Part shown: one piece after another, positions 57,161-64,000 of the stretch | Layout of the letters: every line of letters starts with the position of its first letter | Numbering within the stretch: position 1 is the stretch's first letter | Assembly: GCA_963812195.1 (NCBI GenBank) | Contig: CAWEUI010000008.1 | Coordinates: 70,622-134,621 of the forward strand | Length of the DNA: 64,000 nucleotides | Origin: an uncultured Gammaproteobacteria bacterium | GTDB lineage: Bacteria; Pseudomonadota; Gammaproteobacteria; Steroidobacterales; Steroidobacteraceae | Reading direction: 5' to 3' | Position numbers and translations under genes: made by a program | Notes under the pieces: model-generated | What the model was told of the DNA's origin: nothing | Databases searched by the model: none | The model's input: only the letters and a program-made list of their open reading frames with translations

Positions 57161-59641
57161 CTAGAGAATCTCGAGAACGCCGCTGCCCAGCGCGGCCCCG
57201 CAGGCCGCCTTGGCCACGGTCGCGCTGCCGGCGCCATTGGTCACCAGCTTGTCGATCAGGCTCGACAGCTCGGTACGTGCCTGCGTGCCTGTCGGCTGGC
57301 TGGCCAGATCCGTACCGTCAGTCTTCTCCTGGAACACCTTCTGCAGCAGCGGCACGATCAGCCTGTCCTTGCCGGCCGCATCGGCGAACTGCGAGGCCGC
57401 GCTGGCGTTCACGTCAAGCTGCGGGAAGAACGCCTGGCGGGTGCTCGCGTTGTTCACCATCACCGAGCAGTACTTGATGGCCAGCTGCGCAATGCCGGTC
57501 TGGTGCGAGGCCAGGAAGGCCTGCATGTCCGGTGTCGGCGGCAACTGCTGCTGCACCTGCAGGTAAGTGCTGCGCACGCCACTGTCGGTGGTGGGCACTC
57601 CGGTGATCCGCGACATGCTCTGGTTGAGCTGCTCGAAAGTCCGTACGCCGATGTCCGAGGCGGGCGCCAGGTCCACCTGCGGCGAAGGCACGCCGACCGC
57701 CGGTGTACGCGCGTGCGTCTGGTTGGCGATCTGGTCGAAGCTCAGGAAGAACTCATCCGAGTCCGGTCCCTTCTGCAGCGGAATGACGGTGCCGATCTGC
57801 GACAACAGCTGACCTTTGTCCGGGGAGTAGTTCGGATCAGTCACGTTGATGTCCAGATTGGCATAGGCCTGGCCATTGGATACCTCGGCCCCGTTCTCGC
57901 CGATGCGGATGCCGTGTATCGGGATCGAGCCCGGCAGATAGTTCGGATCCAGGCTGATGAAGGTGGGCTTGTTGAACAGATAGCTGTAGCTGTCGTACTG
58001 GCTGACCTCGAACATCACGAAGACCTTGCCGGCCGACTCACCGATCAGCGGACCCACATCGAACAGCAGGAAGTACTTCTCGCCCACTCCGGCGGCGAAG
58101 TTCTGCTGGACCTGCTCCGGCGTGAGCGCGTGGTCGTGGATCGCCACGAAACGCAGCACGCCCTCCCACTGGCGGTTATTGGAGGTCTCGTTGCCCAGCA
58201 CCAGTGCAAAGGTGTCGTCCCAGCCCGCCAGCGAACCGCCGACACGCGGATCCACGTCACCCGTGTAATTGCCGTTCACGTACAGGCGCCGGCCGTTGAT
58301 CGGATCGTAGGTCAGCACGACGTGCTGCAGGGTGGCCTGCGCATCACGGTCGGTATCCAGTGTCAGCAGTGAAGGTGCGCCGTTGGGCCCGGTTGTCGTG
58401 GAGCGGCCCAGCGCCTCGTACTGGTATTCGCGCTGCGCCAGCGTCACGTTGCGCGTGGTCGCGCTGCCGGAATAGCTCACCAGGTAGGCGTCCTCCTGGT
58501 TGATGTTGGCCGGCGCGGCCCATACCTCGATGGAGTACTCGCCGGTCGCCTTGATGGCATCGGCCAGCTTGGCACTGGCGGTGACGCTGCCCTGGGCCTT
58601 GCCGCCGGCGCGCACGTCGTCGGCCTTCTTGATATTCACGCCCCAGCCGCCAACCCAGCTGATGTTGCCGGACATGGTGAGATTCAGCTCGGCACCCTTG
58701 CCGCTGGTGTCGTAGATCGTGTCGCCGCTGCCGGTCTTGAACTCGTACTTGGCGATCGCGTACTGGTCCATGCGGTTGCCGCCGGAGGCGATGGTGCCGT
58801 CATACAGGTTCAGCGCCCGGCTGACCTTCAGGGTCGGGTCCACCGGCGTGACGGCCACCTGATCGGCAAAGGCCTGGATGGCCGCCTGCATCACGTCGGC
58901 GTCGTGCGCACAATCGGAGGTCCAGCAGTTGTGCGATTCCTCGCGCAGACGAATCACGAAACGCGAGCTGGCCGGATCGTCCAGGTTCATCTTCGCCTGG
59001 GCCGCCGCATAGGCCTCATCGACGTCGGCGCTGGCGAAGAAGGGCGAATGCGGATCCGGCGCCGTGGACTGGTGGCAGCGCAGGCACTTGCCGTTGCCGC
59101 GCAGCAGCGGCCACACGGTGCTGCCGAATCCCGAGGAGGACTGCGGATAGACCTTGCTGTCTCCCACCGTCTTCTCCGGCGGTGCCACCAGCTGGATCTG
59201 CGTGCCGCCGGCAGCCGCCGATCCGGCCCAGTTGCGGATCCACACGGTAAGGATATCGGCGCAGGCGCGCGCGCTTGATTGCCAGCAGTTGTGGCCGCCC
59301 GCCACCTTGGCCACCAGCGCCGACTGGTCGGGCTCGGTGAGATTCACGTAGGGCAGAATGGCGTTGTACGCCGCATTCACGTCGTCGCTGCGCGCGAACT
59401 CGGGAGCCTGACCCTTGGTCTGGTTGTGACAGGCGCCGCAGCGGTCCGAGCCCTTGACGTTCTGCCAGAAGTTGATGCGGAACGACTGGATGTCCGCATT
59501 CTCCGGCGCCGGTCCGGCGTAGTCGTCGGCGGCACCGCCCGTCTGTACCGGGTTGCTGTTGGCGGTAGTGGGCGCTCCGCCCGAACAGGCGGCCAGCAGC
59601 GCCAGCGCAGATGCCAGCAGGGTGAGTTTCAGGGTCTTCAT
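57161..59641 (-). CDS. LamG-domain lipoprotein with two N-terminal CxxCH modules
   Basis: ORF 57161-59785 trimmed to ATG 59641. The lipobox is MKTLKLTLLASALALLAAC. A duplicated module carries CGACH...GGHNCWQSSARAC and CLRCH...ESHNCWTSDCAH. The central concanavalin/LamG-like block is EYSIEVWAAP...LQHVVLTYDPINGRRLYVNGNY. Confidence 0.8.
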   Translation of the reverse strand: MKTLKLTLLASALALLAACSGGAPTTANSNPVQTGGAADDYAGPAPENADIQSFRINFWQNVKGSDRCGACHNQTKGQAPEFARSDDVNAAYNAILPYVNLTEPDQSALVAKVAGGHNCWQSSARACADILTVWIRNWAGSAAAGGTQIQLVAPPEKTVGDSKVYPQSSSGFGSTVWPLLRGNGKCLRCHQSTAPDPHSPFFASADVDEAYAAAQAKMNLDDPASSRFVIRLREESHNCWTSDCAHDADVMQAAIQAFADQVAVTPVDPTLKVSRALNLYDGTIASGGNRMDQYAIAKYEFKTGSGDTIYDTSGKGAELNLTMSGNISWVGGWGVNIKKADDVRAGGKAQGSVTASAKLADAIKATGEYSIEVWAAPANINQEDAYLVSYSGSATTRNVTLAQREYQYEALGRSTTTGPNGAPSLLTLDTDRDAQATLQHVVLTYDPINGRRLYVNGNYTGDVDPRVGGSLAGWDDTFALVLGNETSNNRQWEGVLRFVAIHDHALTPEQVQQNFAAGVGEKYFLLFDVGPLIGESAGKVFVMFEVSQYDSYSYLFNKPTFISLDPNYLPGSIPIHGIRIGENGAEVSNGQAYANLDINVTDPNYSPDKGQLLSQIGTVIPLQKGPDSDEFFLSFDQIANQTHARTPAVGVPSPQVDLAPASDIGVRTFEQLNQSMSRITGVPTTDSGVRSTYLQVQQQLPPTPDMQAFLASHQTGIAQLAIKYCSVMVNNASTRQAFFPQLDVNASAASQFADAAGKDRLIVPLLQKVFQEKTDGTDLASQPTGTQARTELSSLIDKLVTNGAGSATVAKAACGAALGSGVLEIL

Positions 59642-59655
59642 GCGTTGCATTCCCT

Positions 59656-60828
59656 TCAATTGCCCTTGCAGTACGCGGCCGTCTGGGCGAACACGTCCTT
59701 CATCTTGTAGCCGCCGGCCTTGAACTGCCCGATGACGTTGTTCACTTCGTCGCGATCGGACTGGTTCACGGGCGGATGCAGGCATATGGTCTTGAAGACC
59801 TTCTCCACCTGGCAGCGGGCGAACTGGTCGCTGTTGGCGAGCTCCGCGCCCATGGACTTGGCGCCATTGCCGCTGGCGGGCATGCTCTGATCCCAGCCCA
59901 GCACACTGTTCTGGCCCTGGCGCCAGTAGTTGTGCCAGCCGTCGTCCTGCGTGACGAAGCCGGGTTTGAAGTTGTCCGAATTGATCAGGTACTTGGGCTG
60001 GACCTGACCATCGGTGTATTCCAGCCGCCCGGTGTCCGGATTGAAGTTGTAGTACGCGAATGCCTGCGCCAGCGGATCCATGCCGCTATGGCAACCGATG
60101 CAGTTGTTCAGGAACACGCGCGAATCACCGCCCGGTGACCGGCTTACGTCCTGACGGATGCGGTCCGGCGCAACGTTCACGTCGTGCACCTGCTCCATGT
60201 CCTTGCACATCTGGCTGATCAGCGTGAAGCGGAACATCGCGCGGTTGGTGCCCGCGATGAAGAATGCCTGCGCGGCGGCGCGCGTGGTCATGATGCCGGC
60301 GGTGGCCTTCACGGGAAGGCCGGTGTGGGCGGACTGCGTGTCACGCACCAGCACGCTGGCATCGCCCAGATTCGCGTCCTGGTCCTCGAGGGCCTGGTAG
60401 AGGTTGTTGTCGGACGGTGAGTAGGCCGGGAAGCCGGCACCGCCGACGTACAGGATGTCACCGGAGAGCACCTGCCGGTAATCCACGTCGTCGCGGATCA
60501 TGCCGATCACCGTCGCCGTGTAGTCGTTGAGCGGCGCGAACACGGTCTGGTCGCGGTTGGTCCAGGGCGTGATCCAGTTCTTCAGCGTCGTGGTGTAGAA
60601 ACTTGGCTCCTGCATGGCGATGCGCGCGGCCCCTGCCGCATCGCCGGTTGCCACCTTCTGCTCCATCTGATCGAGCACCTGCTGGGTCGGCGGCACACCG
60701 GCAATGCGGTCGTGGATCCGCTTGGCCTGCTCGCGCGGCCCGGCCTGGGTCAGGCCCGCTGCGCCGCAGGCGAGCATCGTACCCAGCGCGGCCACGGCCA
60801 GATTCCTGCCTTTGTCTGTTCGTATCAT
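59656..60828 (-). CDS. DUF1588/DUF1585-like secreted protein with one CxxCH
   Basis: ORF 59656-60909 trimmed to ATG 60828 (MIRTDKGRNLAVAALGTMLACGAAGL). NNCIGCHSGMDPLAQAFAYYNF parallels the CAACHAVMDPLGFALENFD motif of the DUF1592 protein at 5637-8156. Confidence 0.75.
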   Translation of the reverse strand: MIRTDKGRNLAVAALGTMLACGAAGLTQAGPREQAKRIHDRIAGVPPTQQVLDQMEQKVATGDAAGAARIAMQEPSFYTTTLKNWITPWTNRDQTVFAPLNDYTATVIGMIRDDVDYRQVLSGDILYVGGAGFPAYSPSDNNLYQALEDQDANLGDASVLVRDTQSAHTGLPVKATAGIMTTRAAAQAFFIAGTNRAMFRFTLISQMCKDMEQVHDVNVAPDRIRQDVSRSPGGDSRVFLNNCIGCHSGMDPLAQAFAYYNFNPDTGRLEYTDGQVQPKYLINSDNFKPGFVTQDDGWHNYWRQGQNSVLGWDQSMPASGNGAKSMGAELANSDQFARCQVEKVFKTICLHPPVNQSDRDEVNNVIGQFKAGGYKMKDVFAQTAAYCKGN

Positions 60829-61078
60829 GAGACCTGTCCTCGAAGGGGCTGCCTGCTTTGCAGTGCCTTTGGCGTTCCTTGGCGTGCAATATATCGGCCT
60901 GTTCGCCATGGTCCGAATGTCTCATTCGACAGACGTCGCCATGTGCAGACAGCGTAGAGCAAGGGTGCGTGGCGAATATGATCAACCGCGCGCAATGGGA
61001 GTCGCGTCACAGCCGTGCCACGGCATCTGCGAATACTTCAACTACGGCCCGCCGGAAGGGTCCGAGGGAAACTATCAG

Positions 61079-63901
61079 GTGAATTCAATCAGGGCCGCAT
61101 ACAGCCTCATCGGTGCGAGCCTGCTCGCGGTGCTGGCCGCGTGCAGCAGCGGCGGCAGCGTGGATATCGGCCGCGGCCAGGGCATCGACCCGGGCACCGT
61201 CGATTTCCCGGTTGCATATGTCAAGCATTTCTTCGACGCGCAGACCCTGCCGGATTACGACCAGCTGAACAATCCCGGCCGCACGCGCCTGGCGGTGCCC
61301 GACGCCGACGTGTTCATGCGCACCAGCGCTTCGCCCTCCGGAACCGAGATCGACGTCACAGGCGCGATAACCTCCGACGGTCCCTACGACATCAAGGACC
61401 TGGATGCCTCGCCCGATGGCACGAAGCTGATCTTCTCGATGCGCGGACCGCTGGCGAACAACATGGACGAGCGCGATCCGCCCTACTGGACGCTGTGGGA
61501 ATTCGACACGACCGCACCGGTCTCGGATACCAATCCGCACCAGGTGATAGACCCGGCGCTATTTCCGACCAGTGGCAACGACGTCTCGCCGCACTACCTG
61601 CCCGACGGCAGCATCGTGTTTTCCTCCACCCGTCAGCGCGGTTCCAGGGCCGCCCTGCTCGACGAGGGCAAGCCAGGCTACGAGGCGCAGTTCCAGAATG
61701 CGGGTGAGAGCGCCTTCCTGCTGCACGTTCTCAGTGCCGACCGCCAGAGCATCGAGCAGATCACCTACAACATCGGTCATGACCTGTGGCCGGAGACTCT
61801 GCGCGACGAAGATCCACTGCCGGACAATCCGCAGAGCTCGCGCTTCGTGCCGCGCCAGGGCCGCATCATGTTCAGCCGCTGGGACAACTCGGGCGGCGGC
61901 ATGAGCCTCTACACCGCCAATGCCGACGGCACGGGACTGCAGCTGCTGTACGGCGCGCGCAGTCACCGTCTGATCGAGGGCGGCAATGACGTGTACGGCC
62001 AGGATTTCCAGTTCACGCATGCACGCCCGATGGAAGATGGCCGCGTCCTCGCGCTGGCCCGCCCCTTCGATCAGGACACGGACCAGGGCGGCGACCTGCT
62101 GATCCTTGACACCGAGGACTACGTGGAAAGCACGCAGATGCTCGCCAATGCGGCTCCCACCGGGCCCGCCCAGAGCCGCGTTACGCCCAATCAGGTCACC
62201 ATTGTCGACGGCCCCTCACCCGGCGGCCGCTTCCTCTCGGCCTATCCGCTGTGGGATGGCAGCGGGCGCATCCTGGTGAGCTGGTCGTTGTGCCGGCTGC
62301 AGGACAGCACCGCCGCCGCGCCGGTGCCGCTGGCCTGCACCGATGCAAATCTGGCCGACCCCAACTACATCCCCGCGGCGCCCCTGTACAGCGCCTTCAT
62401 GTTCAGCCCGATCGACAACACCTTCAAACCGCTGTTCACGCCCGCCGAGGGCGTGATGATCTCCGACCTGGTGGCCCTGCAGGCACGGGCGCCGCTGTGG
62501 GCCAGGAGCCAGGACCTGCTCAACCCGCTGCTGGCCGGCCAGGGCGTGGGCCTGCTCAGTATCCGCAGTGTCTACGACTTCGATGGCCAGCAGGCCCACA
62601 CGGTAACCGGCACGGGCACCGCCACCTGTCCGGCGACGAACCGCACCATTGCCATGCTTGCCGACCCCACGCTGTGCACGGCTGATGATCGCCCGGCGCG
62701 CTTCATCCGCATCGAGGAGGCGGTGTCGCGCTTCGACCGCCAACTGGACATGTCCCTGCCGGACGTGGATTTCGGCGCCGCGATCGGCAGCGGCGTGGGC
62801 TTCATGCGCGTGATCCTGGGGTACGCGCCCATCGAACCGGATGGCTCGGTCAGTGTACGCGTGCCCGCCAACGTGCCCTTCACCTTCGACATCCTCGACA
62901 AGGACGGTCGCCGCCTGCCGCAGTTCGGCCGGCACACTTCCTGGCTGCAGCTGCGCCCCGGTGAGGAGCGACACTGCAATGGCTGCCACGAGGCTCCCGC
63001 CGGCGCCAATGCCGTCGAACAATCACATGGCCGTGATGGCACGACGATTTCGGCGTGGGCTGGCACGGATGCCGGCCTGCCCTTTCCCAATACCCTGGCC
63101 TCCACCGGTGGCACGACGCAGAGCGGGGACACAATGGCCCTGGCCCGTGCGCGCACCTCGTGCGCCGGCGGCAGCACCACCTGTTCGGAACTGCCAGGCG
63201 TGAACCTGCGCGAGACGGATGCCTGGACCAATCCGACGCCACAGCTCGTCGTGAACCTGAGCTACGGCGGCGGCGGCTTTGGAATCGGCGAAGGCCTTTC
63301 AACGCTGGCACCGACCAGCTCCGGCTGCCAGCTGGCCTGGAAGAGCAACTGCCGGATCGTCATCAACTACGAGGCCAACATCAATCCGTTGTGGTCGACG
63401 CCACGACAGGTCACGGCGTCTGACGGGATGGGCGGAACCGTGGTGGTGGCGGACCACACCTGCATCAACTGCCACGCCCCGACCGACGCCATGGGAGCAC
63501 CACAGGTACCGGCCGGACAGCTGGATCTGTCCGATGGCCCGCGCGATGCGACCACGCAACACAAGAACTCCTATACCGAACTGGTTACCGGCGGCAACCA
63601 GCAGCAGCTCGATGCCAACGGCCAGTTGCAGTTCGTGACGATCATGGTGGACAGCGGCCAGGTCGATGCAATGGGCAACCCCATCCTGGTCCCGCAACAG
63701 GTCCCGGAACCGGCCCGCCTAGCGCCACTTTCTGCGCGCGGGTCCACACGTTTCTTCGACCGATTTGCGAACGGCGGCGGCACCGTCGATCATAGGGGCT
63801 TCCTGACTCCCGGCGAGTTGCGCCTGATTTCCGAATGGGTCGACATTGGCGCGCAGTACTACAACAATCCATTTGATCCCGGCGTCCCCCTCAACAACTA
63901 G
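61079..63901 (+). CDS. HzsA-related / TolB-like beta-propeller lipoprotein with two CxxCH motifs
   Basis: ORF 60704-63901 trimmed to GTG 61079, after GAGGGA. The lipobox is VNSIRAAYSLIGASLLAVLAAC. PD40-like blades include SPDGTKLIFSMRG, LPDGSIVFSSTR, GRIMFSRWDN and LYTANADGTGLQLLYG. The heme motifs are HCNGCHEAP and TCINCHAPT. Confidence 0.75.
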   Translation: MNSIRAAYSLIGASLLAVLAACSSGGSVDIGRGQGIDPGTVDFPVAYVKHFFDAQTLPDYDQLNNPGRTRLAVPDADVFMRTSASPSGTEIDVTGAITSDGPYDIKDLDASPDGTKLIFSMRGPLANNMDERDPPYWTLWEFDTTAPVSDTNPHQVIDPALFPTSGNDVSPHYLPDGSIVFSSTRQRGSRAALLDEGKPGYEAQFQNAGESAFLLHVLSADRQSIEQITYNIGHDLWPETLRDEDPLPDNPQSSRFVPRQGRIMFSRWDNSGGGMSLYTANADGTGLQLLYGARSHRLIEGGNDVYGQDFQFTHARPMEDGRVLALARPFDQDTDQGGDLLILDTEDYVESTQMLANAAPTGPAQSRVTPNQVTIVDGPSPGGRFLSAYPLWDGSGRILVSWSLCRLQDSTAAAPVPLACTDANLADPNYIPAAPLYSAFMFSPIDNTFKPLFTPAEGVMISDLVALQARAPLWARSQDLLNPLLAGQGVGLLSIRSVYDFDGQQAHTVTGTGTATCPATNRTIAMLADPTLCTADDRPARFIRIEEAVSRFDRQLDMSLPDVDFGAAIGSGVGFMRVILGYAPIEPDGSVSVRVPANVPFTFDILDKDGRRLPQFGRHTSWLQLRPGEERHCNGCHEAPAGANAVEQSHGRDGTTISAWAGTDAGLPFPNTLASTGGTTQSGDTMALARARTSCAGGSTTCSELPGVNLRETDAWTNPTPQLVVNLSYGGGGFGIGEGLSTLAPTSSGCQLAWKSNCRIVINYEANINPLWSTPRQVTASDGMGGTVVVADHTCINCHAPTDAMGAPQVPAGQLDLSDGPRDATTQHKNSYTELVTGGNQQQLDANGQLQFVTIMVDSGQVDAMGNPILVPQQVPEPARLAPLSARGSTRFFDRFANGGGTVDHRGFLTPGELRLISEWVDIGAQYYNNPFDPGVPLNN

Positions 63902-64000
63902 CGCGCTTCGTGCGTTGGGCCTGGTGCTGCTTGCCGTGCTGGCAGGTGGTGCGGCACGCGCTGGAGAGGCAGCGCACGATCCGGCGCAGCTGTTCGTCGC
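63873..64000 (+). CDS. start of a further secreted protein (partial, runs off the right edge)
   Basis: The frame reading ...SALRALGLVLLAVLAGGAARAGEAAHDPAQLFV looks like a signal peptide. The only candidate start is TTG 63873. The fragment is too short to assign. Confidence 0.25.
   Translation, partial: MIPASPSTTSALRALGLVLLAVLAGGAARAGEAAHDPAQLFV

Noticed and set aside
61015-61031. TGCCACGGCATCTGCG upstream of the HzsA-like gene as a sigma-54 promoter
   Set aside because: The invariant -24 GG is replaced by GC and the -12 element reads CTGC. No enhancer-binding protein gene is adjacent.

Overview
This is a high-GC proteobacterial chromosome segment. Gene content looks gamma-proteobacterial (Xanthomonadales/Nevskiales-like), but that is inference only. 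It is densely packed with about 50 protein-coding genes. I recognised no rRNA, tRNA, CRISPR array, transposase or integrase.

Gene order, left to right:
- lgt (partial), rlmI, yyaL, and a small ORF followed by cybB-yceI-yceI.
- A translationally coupled 4-gene operon: DUF1592-type CxxCH protein, DUF1552, a secreted ankyrin protein and a Tat-signal MBL hydrolase.
- A truncated SnoaL-like ORF and a deoxyinosine/hypoxanthine DNA glycosylase.
- A MacAB-type 3-gene exporter.
- A sulfur/tetrapyrrole block: cysteine-synthase-like, cysG and cysH, divergent from hemB-hemL.
- An aldehyde dehydrogenase.
- A sensor kinase plus sigma-54 response regulator, divergent from a sigma-54-type promoter. That promoter drives HlyD, an ABC ATPase, two tandem 815-aa FtsX permease paralogues, a triple-repeat secreted protein and a small PUA-like ORF.
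- An orphan ABC ATPase plus an unknown membrane protein lying directly downstream of cysI-DUF934.
- ppc, an EamA transporter, an orphan CxxCH secreted protein and a CPA2 (KefB/YbaL-like) antiporter.
- A 9-gene Ton/Tol-like motor operon containing two giant TPR proteins.
- A 3-gene operon (DUF1588/1585-like CxxCH protein, LamG lipoprotein with two CxxCH, Tat DUF1501-like protein), divergent from an HzsA-related beta-propeller lipoprotein.

The most interesting loci are the Ton-like/TPR operon, the two heme-motif/Tat-protein systems and the sigma-54-controlled exporter. All are built from recognisable but functionally unassigned families.

Data-quality caveat: about 19 single-base reading-frame breaks occur in the first 23.3 kb, against one in the remaining 40.7 kb. 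They hit essential genes such as hemB and hemL. I treat them as probable indel errors but label the affected genes as pseudogenes 'as assembled'.

All family assignments come from reading the translated ORFs. No database search was run.
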